A DNA stretch of 52,561 nt from Eisenibacter elegans DSM 3317 (GCF_000430505.1 NZ_AUMD01000021.1:192001-244561), one strand, 5' to 3'; shown: positions 34,606-44,692, counted from the first letter of the stretch. Notes: generated from the sequence alone by a model not told the origin. Made by a program: numbers and translations.

Positions 34606-37335
34606 ATGTCGCAACAAAACCGCCCCACTACTACTACCACCACGACCTCTTCGCCGCCTGATACGGCTCCTGTGCTCCAACAATACCAAAGCCGCCTAGA
34701 AGGACTTTCGAGCCAAGAAGCCGAACAACGGCTGGAGCAATATGGTGCCAATATCTTGCCTAGCAAGCCGCCTCCAACTGTTTTTCAGATCTTCATACAA
34801 CAGTTTCTCAACCCTTTGATTTATGTGCTTTTAGCCGCTGCTGTGGTGTCGGCGTTGTTGCAAGAGTGGATAGATGCAGCCTTTATCGGGGTGGTGTTGC
34901 TGTTCAATGCTGTCATTGGCACTTACCAAGAGTGGCGCGCAGCCCGCAGTGCGGAAGCACTCCAAAACCTGATTAAGGCCAAGGTACGTGTCCGGCGTGA
35001 CGGCAAAGTTGTGTCAGTGCCTGCTGAGGAGCTAGTCCCCGGCGATGTGGTGTTGCTGGAATCGGGTAACCGTGTGCCGGCAGATATGCAGTTGCTGCAA
35101 AGCTACCAACTCAAAGTTGATGAGGCATTTTTGACGGGAGAGTCCGAGCCGATTGAGAAAAACACAGCCCCCATCCCTGAGGGAGTACCCGTTCTGGAGC
35201 AGCGCAACCGGCTTTTTGCCGGCTCTACGGTGTTTTCGGGCAGGGCTGTAGGGCTTGTCATTGGTACGGCAGCCAAAACCGAAATTGGGCACATCAGTAA
35301 AAGCTTGCAGTACACCACTAGTGGCAAACCTCCACTGGTGATTCGGATAGAGCGTTTTTCGCACCAAATCACGTATTATATGTTGGGCGTAACGGCCCTA
35401 TTGGCCTTGTTGGCTTTTGCCAAAGGGTATCCTACTACAGAGATTTTCTTTATTTCGGTGGCCTTGGCCGTAGCAGCCATCCCAGAGGGCTTGCCCATTG
35501 CCATTACGGTAGCCTTGTCGATAGGGACTTGGCGGATGTCGCAGCGCAATGTGATTGTCCGTAAGCTCACAGCGGTAGAAGGCTTGGGTAGTTGTACTTT
35601 TATTGCTAGTGACAAAACCGGCACCCTGACCGTAAACCAACAAACGCTGCGGCGTGTGGTGTTGCCACAGGGGCAGGTGTGGCAAATTAGTGGGGAGGGG
35701 TACAGCGGCGAGGGCGAAGCCCTACCCGAAAACACTACCGACGAAGACAGCCGCCCGGCGCTCAATTATGTGGCTAGGCTGGGGGCATTGGCCAACGAAG
35801 GTTCGCTCGAAAAACGCGGCACACAGTGGCAGGGGCAAGGCGATGCGATGGATGTGGCTATCTTGGCGCTAGGGCACAAAGTGGGCGTACTGCCCGCCGA
35901 CCTCAAATCGACGGTAAAGGTACAGCTCGAAATTCCTTATGAGTCAGAACGCAAGTATGCCGGACTGATTTATGACACTGCCGAAGGCCGACACGCCACC
36001 GCCAAGGGAGCACTCGAAACTTTGCTGCCCTGCTGCAATGCTATCCGTTTGCCCGATGGAGGCAGTGCACCACTCGATGCCGCTGCCATTACAGCACAAG
36101 CAGATGCCCTGACGGCGCAAGGTTACCGCGTGTTGGCGGTAGTAGATGGGCTAATTGATGCAACAACAACCCCTACAGAGAACTCCCTCCAAGACTTACA
36201 GTTTATTGGGCTTTTGGGCTTTATAGACCCGCTACGCCCCGAAGCCGCACAGGCCGTAGCCGACTGTAAACGTGCTGGCGTACAGGTAGGCATCGTTACC
36301 GGAGACCATCCCCTCACTGCCTTGGCCATTGCCCAAGAGTTGGGGATTGCCAAAACAATGGATGAAGTGGTCACCGGAGCTGCTCTCGCCGAAATAGCAG
36401 ATACCGAAGGGGAGGAGTTTGCCGCGCTCATCGGTCAAAAGCGGGTGTTTGCAAGGGTATCTCCCCTGCAAAAAATGCAGATTGTTACTGCTTTACAAAA
36501 TCATGGACACTTTGTGGCCGTTACCGGAGATGGGGTGAATGATGTACCGGCACTCAAAAAGGCCCATATCGGCGTAGCCATGGGCAGCGGTACTGACTTG
36601 GCCAAGGAGACCGCCGAAATCATTGTTACGGATGATAACTTTGCTTCTATCAAGGCTGGTATTGAAGGAGGGCGACACGCCTACGACAATATCCGCAAGG
36701 TCATCTACCTGCTCATAGCTACCGGAGCTGCCGAGATTATGCTCTTTGTTTGCGCTATCTTGGCCAATACACCAATGCCTCTGACGGCAGTGCAGCTGCT
36801 CTGGGTCAATTTAGTAACCAACGGCATCCAAGATATTGCCCTTGCCTTTGAAGGGCGGGAGCCTGAAAATATGCGCAAACCGCCTCGCAAACCTTCTGAA
36901 GGTATTTTTGACAAACTGATGATTAGCCAAACCTTGATTGTAGGCAGTACGATGGGCTTGACAGCGTTTGCAGCTTGGTATTGGATGATGCAGGCCGGCT
37001 ACGAAACCATTCATGCCCGCAATCTGGTGCTGATGCTCTTGGTATTTATCGAAAATGTACAGGTGTTCAACTGCCGCTCGGAGCGTAGCTCGGTGTTTCG
37101 TGTGCCGCTCAGCCGTAACTGGTACATCCTTGGTGGGGTTGCGCTGGCGCAAGGTATCCACATTGCCGCAATGCAAAGCGAATGGATGCGCACCATCCTT
37201 GGGGTTGATGTGGTTACGCTCCATGAGTGGGGGACGATGTTGATAGTTGCCTTGGCTGTGTTGGTTGTATCCGAAATCTTCAAACTAATCATACCCCATA
37301 CACCGCTGCGCTGCGAATACACCCAAGAACGCTAG
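34606..37335 (+). CDS. cation-transporting P-type ATPase (P2-type, Ca2+/Mg2+-like)
   Basis: It has DKTGTLT at the phosphorylation site, TGES, and GDGVNDVPALKKAHIGVAMG, with 10 predicted TM segments. The ORF track starts at 34426, but I chose Met 34606 (MSQQNRPTTTTTTTSS...) because the upstream 60 aa look non-coding. Confidence 0.9.
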   Translation: MSQQNRPTTTTTTTSSPPDTAPVLQQYQSRLEGLSSQEAEQRLEQYGANILPSKPPPTVFQIFIQQFLNPLIYVLLAAAVVSALLQEWIDAAFIGVVLLFNAVIGTYQEWRAARSAEALQNLIKAKVRVRRDGKVVSVPAEELVPGDVVLLESGNRVPADMQLLQSYQLKVDEAFLTGESEPIEKNTAPIPEGVPVLEQRNRLFAGSTVFSGRAVGLVIGTAAKTEIGHISKSLQYTTSGKPPLVIRIERFSHQITYYMLGVTALLALLAFAKGYPTTEIFFISVALAVAAIPEGLPIAITVALSIGTWRMSQRNVIVRKLTAVEGLGSCTFIASDKTGTLTVNQQTLRRVVLPQGQVWQISGEGYSGEGEALPENTTDEDSRPALNYVARLGALANEGSLEKRGTQWQGQGDAMDVAILALGHKVGVLPADLKSTVKVQLEIPYESERKYAGLIYDTAEGRHATAKGALETLLPCCNAIRLPDGGSAPLDAAAITAQADALTAQGYRVLAVVDGLIDATTTPTENSLQDLQFIGLLGFIDPLRPEAAQAVADCKRAGVQVGIVTGDHPLTALAIAQELGIAKTMDEVVTGAALAEIADTEGEEFAALIGQKRVFARVSPLQKMQIVTALQNHGHFVAVTGDGVNDVPALKKAHIGVAMGSGTDLAKETAEIIVTDDNFASIKAGIEGGRHAYDNIRKVIYLLIATGAAEIMLFVCAILANTPMPLTAVQLLWVNLVTNGIQDIALAFEGREPENMRKPPRKPSEGIFDKLMISQTLIVGSTMGLTAFAAWYWMMQAGYETIHARNLVLMLLVFIENVQVFNCRSERSSVFRVPLSRNWYILGGVALAQGIHIAAMQSEWMRTILGVDVVTLHEWGTMLIVALAVLVVSEIFKLIIPHTPLRCEYTQER

Positions 37336-37402
37336 CCAAAACAAGCTGCTTCTGAGGGGGGAATAGCACACTAGTTCGACCATATTATGGCTTATACTAC
37401 TC

Positions 37403-37443
37403 ATTCTTCAAGGGTCTCAAACCCTTGAAGAATTGTGTTATTT
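37403..37443 (+). terminator. rho-independent terminator of P-type ATPase gene
   Basis: ATTCTTCAAGGG-TCTCAAA-CCCTTGAAGAAT (12-bp perfect stem) is followed by TGTGTTATTT. Confidence 0.75.
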
Positions 37444-37494
37444 AAGGGATATCAATCAGGCCTGTGAGGACACTGGCGCGGGCGTAGCTCACGC

Positions 37495-37622
37495 TACATT
37501 TTTGGAAAAGCAACTCGGAGCTCCAGCTCCGCGATAAGCTGAGGCCTCATTGTGGGGGTAAAATGAGATTTAGCCTGTAGTGTTAACTGTGGGGTTTGAA
37601 AAATGTCCAGTGGTGTTTGTGG
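37495..37622 (-). repeat. family-B interspersed repeat (full copy, inverted)
   Basis: This is the reverse-complement counterpart of 45814-45937. ACATTTTTGGAAAAGCAACTCGGAGCTCCAGCTCCGCGATAAGCTGAGGCCTCATTGTGGGGGTAAAATGAGATTTAGCC...CTGTGGGGTTTGAAAAATGTCC has ends forming imperfect terminal inverted repeats (ACATTTTT / AAAAATGT). Confidence 0.7.
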
Positions 37623-37625
37623 AAC

Positions 37626-37666
37626 AAGAAAAAAGGCATAGCAGCTTAAAAATTAAGCTGAATGCC
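37626..37666 (-). terminator. rho-independent terminator of T9SS cargo gene (minus strand)
   Basis: The hairpin GGCAT-AG-CAGCTTAA-AAA-TTAAGCTG-A-ATGCC is preceded on the plus strand by AAGAAAAAA, which is a T-run on the minus strand. Confidence 0.7.
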
Positions 37667-37749
37667 CGAACAAAAATGACACCAAAATTAATAGCATTAA
37701 CAAAGTCGCAACAATGATGCCACAGCACTAGCATCTTTGGAATTATTGC

Positions 37750-40347
37750 CTATTCTTTCTGAAATCGACTGTTCCATTGTTGGAATCTTGTTTCTATTTT
37801 TAGAAGATAAGGCCCTGATGATAAGCGTATTAATTGCTCATTGAGTTGTTGCCATACTAGCTCAAATGCCCCAGATTGTTGCCACAGTTGTCGTCCTTGT
37901 ATATCCAACAACAAGATGGTACAGTACTCATCAGGGCTAGGGCCGCCTTTGAGGGAGAGTGTGTAAGGAGTAGGGTTTGGGTAAAGCACCCAATCTTGCG
38001 CATTTGTGTTGTTTTTGGCCAAATAACGCCATTCACTGTGGCGTAGCCGGCCTTGGTCATACCAGCGCAAGCGGTAATAGGCTGACTGTTGAAAGGCTGT
38101 ATCAATGGCTTGGTATTGTACCGGACTATTACGGAGGTTTTGAGATACCCTGAGGTGTACAATGGGGTGTGTATTGTCTATCTGGAGGTTTGTACTTTTG
38201 TCTATCCAATAGCTGATGGTATCCGTTTGTAGAGGCCTGACAGTCCAGCGTAGGCGGGCGTGTTGTGGATTTTGTGGGTGGATGTCCACCTCCCAACGAA
38301 GTAAGTCAATAGGTAAGGGGGAATTTTCGGGAGCCAGTGTCCAATCTGAAAAACTTTGGATATTCTCCAAACCGACCCATTGATTGGCCAAGCTTGTTTG
38401 AGATGGGTTTCGCCCCAACTCTTGCCAACCGCCACCGGCATTACGGTATACCTGCAAGTCCGCAGCAGGGTGCCCGTTGAGTGCCAACAATGGATAGGCA
38501 ATACGCACGGTAGCAGTATTGCCTGCGTTGATAGTCCCTGCGGTAAGTTGGATACTGTAGACCCTTAGAATACTGAATCCTAGGGCGGCATAATGATAAC
38601 GACGCACATCAAGGGTGATGTCTGTGTTGCTACGGGCAATAAACACCCCCGACCCTGCTATGTTGTTTGGTATTGTGCTGCCTACTGTACGGTTTTGGAA
38701 AAGTAAATAACCGCCTTTGTTGGTTTCATTGAGTCCGGTACTGAGATCGGTAACCACGTGATTGTTGAGATAGTCTTCAGACAGCACACCATCATTACCA
38801 AGGTCAATGATTTGTTGTTGGAGGTTAAGCACACCCCGCCCGACAGTCAGCGTGCCGTGGATGCGTAAGTCCAAATTAAGCAAGCTTAGTCCATTGTTAC
38901 GAAAGAGTGTAAAATCCTGTAATGGAGCTGGGTTGGCTGTGAAAAAATCGCTGGAAAGCACAAGGGCTGCCCCTCCGGCAGTCGCCGCATTGCCCAACTG
39001 AAGGCTTGAGCTTGCAGTCGTTTGTAGTCGACCGTTGGTGCGTCTTAAAGGCTGATTATCAGCAGAGAGTAACCTGAGCCGGCTATTTTGAAGTGCAAAA
39101 GTACCATTGCGTAGCTGGACATAGCCACTTACATCCAGATTCTGACTTAGGGTTACGGTCTGGGTATTGTCTATTTCAAGCCATTGGATGGCTGCGGGCA
39201 GCCCCGAGCCGGTTACTTGATTGGTTGTACCATAAAACCGAAAGCCAATGACAGTGGCAAAATTACGTGTGCCTGTGTTTTGTACGCTCCCTAGTGCTGC
39301 TGTAGCGCTAAAGCCCTGAGCATTGGCTGTTTTGAGGGTGTCTTGAGCGCTGAAGTTGGCCGTACCACTCAGTACGAAAGTGCTGAAGTCTACGGCATTC
39401 TGTGTGGTGATGAGCGCTGTACCGGGGTCCGTGCTGTTGTTGTCAATACGGATGTTGTTTGTCAAGCGGACTTGGTTGAGGTGTATATTGCCATTTTGTA
39501 AGACAATTGCCCCAGGGCCGCCAATCTCGCGTTCTACCACAAAAAGCCCACAAGTAGTACTTTGACTGACCTCTGCTCCGGCACCTATCCGCAAGCCGCC
39601 CAAAAACCGTTTTTCACCAGTATTATTGAAAGTGATATTACCATTGGCCTCATAAGTGCCTCTGAAGGTAGTAGGGGTATTCGCCCCTACTAGGCCTAGC
39701 GTGACACCTTGTCTAAAAATAGGAAACACCCCGGCGGAGACATTGGGGAAGTAAGTTATGTTAGCAGTAGGATAAGCACCAAAAACTGAGGTTTCAAAAA
39801 TGGCTTCGTGCTGCCAAAACATTCGTGCCGCAAAAGTTATGTCTTGGTTGTTGGCATAACGGTATGCCTGTCCGCCGGTATTGTTGGTTATTCGAATCAT
39901 CCCTCCGCCCTGTATTTCGATAGTACCAGTGCCTAAGGGGGCAACATTGCTGCTGCTGTGCAAAAATAACCCACCATTTTGGATGACAATGTCGTGGCCC
40001 ACCCCATCATTGATGGTCAAGTCTGTAGAGGCTGTGCTTCGTGCCAAAACGCCACCACTTTCAATCACTACTTGATCGAGGGTAACGGCGACATTTATAT
40101 CGGCGGTATGGCCATTACGGATGAGGATGAGGCCGTCGTTGAAGTTGGGAGCGGCGGAGGCGGCTACCCAAGTACTGCCATTGTATCGCTGCCAGTTGGT
40201 AGCAGTAGAAAAATTGACAGCACCATTGGTGCGATAATCCCCTAGGCTTTGCCCATAAAGCCCACTTAAGCTCAATAGCATCCCCACTACCGAAGCGCTG
40301 ATATGATTTCTGAAGAAGGGAAACCAAACCGACTTAAAACTGCACAT
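37750..40347 (-). CDS. T9SS C-terminal-sorting-domain protein with parallel beta-helix repeats
   Basis: 865 aa with an N-terminal signal and a long Gly/Asn/Thr-rich beta-helix-like repeat region. The C-terminal approximately 80 aa, with VLYPNPTPYTLSLKG...ILLLDIQGRQL, match the T9SS type-A sorting domain (YPNP motif). Confidence 0.6.
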   Translation of the reverse strand: MCSFKSVWFPFFRNHISASVVGMLLSLSGLYGQSLGDYRTNGAVNFSTATNWQRYNGSTWVAASAAPNFNDGLILIRNGHTADINVAVTLDQVVIESGGVLARSTASTDLTINDGVGHDIVIQNGGLFLHSSSNVAPLGTGTIEIQGGGMIRITNNTGGQAYRYANNQDITFAARMFWQHEAIFETSVFGAYPTANITYFPNVSAGVFPIFRQGVTLGLVGANTPTTFRGTYEANGNITFNNTGEKRFLGGLRIGAGAEVSQSTTCGLFVVEREIGGPGAIVLQNGNIHLNQVRLTNNIRIDNNSTDPGTALITTQNAVDFSTFVLSGTANFSAQDTLKTANAQGFSATAALGSVQNTGTRNFATVIGFRFYGTTNQVTGSGLPAAIQWLEIDNTQTVTLSQNLDVSGYVQLRNGTFALQNSRLRLLSADNQPLRRTNGRLQTTASSSLQLGNAATAGGAALVLSSDFFTANPAPLQDFTLFRNNGLSLLNLDLRIHGTLTVGRGVLNLQQQIIDLGNDGVLSEDYLNNHVVTDLSTGLNETNKGGYLLFQNRTVGSTIPNNIAGSGVFIARSNTDITLDVRRYHYAALGFSILRVYSIQLTAGTINAGNTATVRIAYPLLALNGHPAADLQVYRNAGGGWQELGRNPSQTSLANQWVGLENIQSFSDWTLAPENSPLPIDLLRWEVDIHPQNPQHARLRWTVRPLQTDTISYWIDKSTNLQIDNTHPIVHLRVSQNLRNSPVQYQAIDTAFQQSAYYRLRWYDQGRLRHSEWRYLAKNNTNAQDWVLYPNPTPYTLSLKGGPSPDEYCTILLLDIQGRQLWQQSGAFELVWQQLNEQLIRLSSGPYLLKIETRFQQWNSRFQKE

Positions 40348-40654
40348 AACACGTAATTTTAGCTCACAAAGTCAACCGTCTGCTAATTTTAAGATAGTGT
40401 AAAAATACAAAAGGAATTCTTATAAATCCCTAACATAACAAAAGCTTAACCTTTGGGTAACATATTTTGACGATAAAATGGCCTTGTTTACCCAAGTGCT
40501 TTTTTAGAAAGTTTTAACAATGCTCAACAATCTTTTCTGTTTAAGCACCGTTTATACCCTTGCTGACGCGCTCCAACGGGCGCTAGCGATAGCGAAAGCC
40601 GAAAAGCTATAACAGAGTAGGCATTTTTTTAACAAAAGCTAAATTAGTCAGTTT

Positions 40655-41296
40655 ATGTTGAAATTTAACCAGAATCAATGGGCAGTGGCATTCGCAGTAG
40701 TGGCACTCTCTTTTATCACCAGCCTTCCTTCTTTTGCACAAGTATCTCAAGGCAATCTCTTCTTGGGTGGCCAAGTAGGATTCTCAAGTACTTCGTTTGA
40801 AGGGAACTCAGATCGTAAAGAAAGCACGTTTTCAATCATCCCTAACATTGGGTATATGGTGAGCGATAACATCGCCATCGGTCTAGGAATTGGATATAAC
40901 CAAGCCCGTAACGAAAACGTAGCAGGCCCTACACGTACTGTAAACACTAACAGTGCCTTTGTGGTAGCTCCTTTTGCACGTTATTATGTGCCTACTTCTA
41001 GTGACCAATTCTTCTTCTTCGCGCAATTGCGTGCTGATTTGGGCTTTGGCTCTGCTAAAACAGAAGCCACTACTGGTAACGTTACAGTAACTACAGATGC
41101 TAAAGTGAACACTGCTGATGTGTTTGTGTCTCCAAATTTTGCTTTTTTCCCTAGCCAACACTGGGCTTTGGAGTTTGGCTTCCGTGGTCTCGGCTTTGAG
41201 TCTGTGAACCCTGAAGGTGACAACAACAACGTAAGTCGTTTTGTATTTGGTGTAAACTCATTTGCACCACGCTTTGCGGTACAGTTCTTCTTTTAA
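40655..41296 (+). CDS. outer-membrane beta-barrel protein (OmpW/porin-like small OMP)
   Basis: It has a signal peptide ...LPSFAQ and alternating amphipathic beta-strands, and it ends in a C-terminal aromatic residue (AVQFFF). Confidence 0.7.
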   Translation: MLKFNQNQWAVAFAVVALSFITSLPSFAQVSQGNLFLGGQVGFSSTSFEGNSDRKESTFSIIPNIGYMVSDNIAIGLGIGYNQARNENVAGPTRTVNTNSAFVVAPFARYYVPTSSDQFFFFAQLRADLGFGSAKTEATTGNVTVTTDAKVNTADVFVSPNFAFFPSQHWALEFGFRGLGFESVNPEGDNNNVSRFVFGVNSFAPRFAVQFFF

Positions 41297-41320
41297 GCGC
41301 TGAGTAGCCCTATATACAAA

Positions 41321-41357
41321 AGCCCTCCCAACCAAGGTTCGGAGGGCTTTATTTTTA
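41321..41357 (+). terminator. rho-independent terminator of OMP gene
   Basis: AGCCCTCC-CAACCAAGGTTC-GGAGGGCT is followed by TTATTTTTAT. Confidence 0.8.
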
Positions 41358-41368
41358 TCGAAGCCAAA

Positions 41369-41821
41369 CTAGTGCTTGGGTTCGTACTTTTTGGGCGCAT
41401 ACAGAAAGCCAAAGGCTTCTGCGCCTTCTTTTTCTTTGCAACGATGGTGAACGTGGTGGGCGCGAATCATACGTTGCAAGTAGCGGCTTTTGGCTACAAA
41501 CTTGATTTTGAGGCGGCGGTGTACGATGATATCGTGAAAAACGACATAAAAAATGCCATAGCCTAGAATACCAAAACCAATCGGCAACAAAAACCAAAGC
41601 CAAGGCACATTGACCCCCAGCATAATCGTGGCCATAGAGGGGATACTGAACACAACGGCGAAGTAGTCGTTTTTTTCAAAAAAGTGCTCGTGGGGCTTGT
41701 GGTGTGACTCGTGCCACGTCCACAAGAAACCATGCATAATGTATTTGTGGGTAAACCAAGCTACGCCTTCCATAAAAAAGAAAGTAGCCGTAGCGATGAT
41801 GAAGTACAATAAGTAAGTCAT
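41369..41821 (-). CDS. crtZ: beta-carotene 3-hydroxylase
   Basis: 150 aa with all CrtZ histidine boxes (HKYIMHG, HESHH, HDIIVHRR, AHHVHH) and the GFLYAP C-terminal motif. Confidence 0.9.
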   Translation of the reverse strand: MTYLLYFIIATATFFFMEGVAWFTHKYIMHGFLWTWHESHHKPHEHFFEKNDYFAVVFSIPSMATIMLGVNVPWLWFLLPIGFGILGYGIFYVVFHDIIVHRRLKIKFVAKSRYLQRMIRAHHVHHRCKEKEGAEAFGFLYAPKKYEPKH

Positions 41822-41896
41822 TGTGTGCCAATATTTATTTGATTTAAGGAATTGCTTGGTCTAATTTTCTTGATGCGCAATAAGGATGGCCAATCA

Positions 41897-41925
41897 ATTT
41901 CCCAAACTAGTTTCCCTAGAGTATG
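41897..41925 (-). repeat. family-A repeat head fragment
   Basis: CCAATCAATTTCCCAAACTAGTTT is the reverse complement of TAGTTTGGGAAATTGAT, the head of copy 47252-47346. Confidence 0.5.
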
Positions 41926-41960
41926 ATGAAACAGAATAGGGTGCTATTTGGAGGGATGGT

Positions 41961-42806
41961 TTAGAGCTGTTCGAGGCGTTCTTTTACGGCTTCCATCAGC
42001 CACATAGGTGTAGAAGTAGCCCCACAAACGCCTACACGGTCGTCTTGATCAAACCATAGACGGTCTAGCTCGTCAGGGCTAGAGATAAAATAAGTGTTGG
42101 GGTTGACTTGCTTGCAGATTTCGTAGAGCACCTTACCATTGGAGGACTTAGTGCCTGCTACGAAGAGTATTTTGTGAAATTTATGCGCAAAATCGCGCAA
42201 TTCTTGGTCTCGGTTAGAGACTTGCCGACAGATAGTATCATTGGCGTTGACCTCTATACCGGCAGCCAGAAACTTATCCTTGATTTCATAAAACTTATCG
42301 GTACTCTTTGTGGTCTGGCTGTAGAGCGTAATGCGCCGGGGGAGGGTGGCTAGGTCTAGTTCTTCAATATCTTGAAACACAACAGCCTCTTGGTTGGTTT
42401 GCCCCAACAGTCCTTTGACTTCGGCGTGTCCGTGTTTGCCATAGATGTAAATCTTGTCGCTTTTGTCATAAGAGTTTTTGATGCGGTTTTGGAGCTTGAG
42501 TACTACCGGGCAAGAGGCATCAATCAACTCTATATTGTTGCTGAGGGCTATTTGGTAGGTCGAAGGGGGTTCGCCATGAGCGCGGATGAGCACCTTTTGG
42601 TTATGGATATGAGAAAGGTCTTCGTGAGTGATTACCTCCAAGCCTTTGGCCTCCAGACGCTTTACCTCCTCATCGTTGTGTACTATATCGCCTAAGCAGT
42701 AGAGCTTCCCGTATTGGTCGAGAATTTCTTCAGCCATTTCGATCGCATACACCACCCCAAAACAAAAGCCGGAGTTTTGGTCAATGGTTACGTCTAAGTT
42801 TAGCAT
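41961..42806 (-). CDS. ispH: 4-hydroxy-3-methylbut-2-enyl diphosphate reductase
   Basis: 281 aa with GFCFGVVYAIEMAEE (first Cys ligand), HNDEEV and the conserved cysteines. Confidence 0.9.
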   Translation of the reverse strand: MLNLDVTIDQNSGFCFGVVYAIEMAEEILDQYGKLYCLGDIVHNDEEVKRLEAKGLEVITHEDLSHIHNQKVLIRAHGEPPSTYQIALSNNIELIDASCPVVLKLQNRIKNSYDKSDKIYIYGKHGHAEVKGLLGQTNQEAVVFQDIEELDLATLPRRITLYSQTTKSTDKFYEIKDKFLAAGIEVNANDTICRQVSNRDQELRDFAHKFHKILFVAGTKSSNGKVLYEICKQVNPNTYFISSPDELDRLWFDQDDRVGVCGATSTPMWLMEAVKERLEQL

Positions 42807-42914
42807 TGTGTAAAAAGTTTGAATGTTTATGTAGCGTTTTGTTGGTGTTAAGAGAAGTTGTTCAGAAATCAGCAGGAGGCTGTTTGCACAAATTGGTATA
42901 CCAAAATCATCCTA

Positions 42915-43370
42915 TTAACTCAGATAAGGCGCTAATGTTTGCTTGTCTTTGAAAGTACAGCGTCCGCTATCGAGCAAAAACTTACTGATACGCCTTTTGA
43001 GGTCTTCCTGGAGGGGGCTTTGGCCTAGATTTTTGATGATAAAGCGCAGATCTTGTTCGAGGTGAACACTCAACATCAACAGAGTAGGGATATTATGTTC
43101 AATGGTAAAACGCAGGAAGCGTATTTCCACTTCGTCGGGAGCGGCTTTGACGGCCTTGTCAAAATAGCTTTGAGCTTGCTGAAGCAGGGCGAGCTTCTCC
43201 AAGGGAAAAAGAGCTTGGTCGGCCCTGATCCCCTCAATAGCGCCTTTGTAGGCCAGCAGGAGGGGCTCTTGTTGGGTTCGTTCGGGGCTGAGGTATTGAT
43301 CTAATTGCCGGAAATATTCCGGTTGTTTGGAGGCTACTTGATAGGCGGCTCTAATCTCATCGATGCTCAT
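42915..43370 (-). CDS. hypothetical protein (no signal peptide, predicted alpha-helical)
   Basis: 151 aa. It begins 10 nt downstream of the 43381-43845 gene on the same strand. I recognise no family. Confidence 0.4.
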   Translation of the reverse strand: MSIDEIRAAYQVASKQPEYFRQLDQYLSPERTQQEPLLLAYKGAIEGIRADQALFPLEKLALLQQAQSYFDKAVKAAPDEVEIRFLRFTIEHNIPTLLMLSVHLEQDLRFIIKNLGQSPLQEDLKRRISKFLLDSGRCTFKDKQTLAPYLS

Positions 43371-43380
43371 ACCGGCAGGT

Positions 43381-43845
43381 TTAGTATTGTTTGCGTTTGG
43401 ATTTGTATTGAATACTTAGTTTTTCAAACTGAGAGAGCAGACCAGTGGTTTGGCTGAGGGTTATTTTTTTTCCTTTTCTATTTATTTTGATGGGGTTGCT
43501 CATGGCAGAGCGATCTTGCATCACCGGCATTACTTCCCTGATTTTACCCCAGTCTTCTTGCCCTGCAAGTTGTAAAAAATCGTTGATAGCGATAGGTTCC
43601 TTTTGTAATTGCTCACTGATGAGGCTTTCGGTTTGGAAGTCTAGGCTAAAGTCCAAAACATCGCGTGGGTTTTTTTGGGGGAATCCTACCCAACTATTGG
43701 GGGCTTCAGTTTGTCGTTGCAAGATAACAGTTTGGGACTTATTATTTTCCTCAAAATATATCCAAATTTCCTGTGTATTGTCAGGAGCTAGGCGGCAGGC
43801 CAAAAATAGCAACACAAACAATCCGTAATTTATCATATAAGGCAC
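43381..43845 (-). CDS. hypothetical lipoprotein
   Basis: 154 aa with a lipobox-like LFLAC at the end of the N-terminal hydrophobic segment. I recognise no family. Confidence 0.4.
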   Translation of the reverse strand: MPYMINYGLFVLLFLACRLAPDNTQEIWIYFEENNKSQTVILQRQTEAPNSWVGFPQKNPRDVLDFSLDFQTESLISEQLQKEPIAINDFLQLAGQEDWGKIREVMPVMQDRSAMSNPIKINRKGKKITLSQTTGLLSQFEKLSIQYKSKRKQY

Positions 43846-43975
43846 TACTTTGAGATATTTTTCAAAAATCTTACAACTTGCTCAAGATACACAAAATATG
43901 GGCAAAAATATCACCAGCTGTGAGAAGTTTTTGTAAAATCTACAGGAGTTTGGGAGTTGCGCCTGCCAAGGGCAT

Positions 43976-44572
43976 TTATTGAAGCTCTAGGCTATCCATA
44001 ATGCGTTGGCCGATGGGTTGCCATTTGTCACGGACTTGCGCTGGGCAGTTGAAGTTAAAAATATGTACTTCATTATTGATGACTGCGTAGCGGAGATGGC
44101 TGTATTGACGTACCATCTGGGGCTTGCCCATCATCAGACTTTTTTCTTCGTCTTTTACTTCCCCTACAAACTCATAAATGATAACGCGCTTCCCGTTTAC
44201 TTCGCGGATGCCTTCCTGCAAAAACACCACATTGCTGTGAAGTGCCAAGATGGTAGACTTGTAGAAGCCGGCCAATATCTGTAGGTCTTGCTCATAAAAA
44301 TCGGCATCGGTTTGAGCTTTGAGCGAGCGGTTCACCAACTTGTTGACCCCAAAGTCTGCGACTTCGTCCATACTGGTATACATTGCCAAAGGGGGGCGAT
44401 AAGCGCCATATTTGCGTACAATCAACATATCGGGCATAGGTGCAAAGCCTGCCGGAAGGGTTACGCTGATATACGGGGTGATTTTGACCTTAGTGTCTTT
44501 TTTGAAGCCTTGGGCCAGACCGGTACCCAAGGTAAGGAAGCCCAATAATAGGGCGAGTATGGTCGTTTGCAT
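43976..44572 (-). CDS. hypothetical secreted protein
   Basis: 198 aa with a signal peptide MQTTILALLLGFLTLGTGLAQG. I recognise no family. Confidence 0.4.
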   Translation of the reverse strand: MQTTILALLLGFLTLGTGLAQGFKKDTKVKITPYISVTLPAGFAPMPDMLIVRKYGAYRPPLAMYTSMDEVADFGVNKLVNRSLKAQTDADFYEQDLQILAGFYKSTILALHSNVVFLQEGIREVNGKRVIIYEFVGEVKDEEKSLMMGKPQMVRQYSHLRYAVINNEVHIFNFNCPAQVRDKWQPIGQRIMDSLELQ

Positions 44573-44692
44573 AAGTAAAGAGGGAAAATGGATGATGCCT
44601 CAAAAACGCAGTGAAGGGCCTTTTTGGTATACCCCTCCCCACCATAAGGGTGACTGCTTATGGTAGGGGGGCTTTTATATTTTTGGAAAAGG

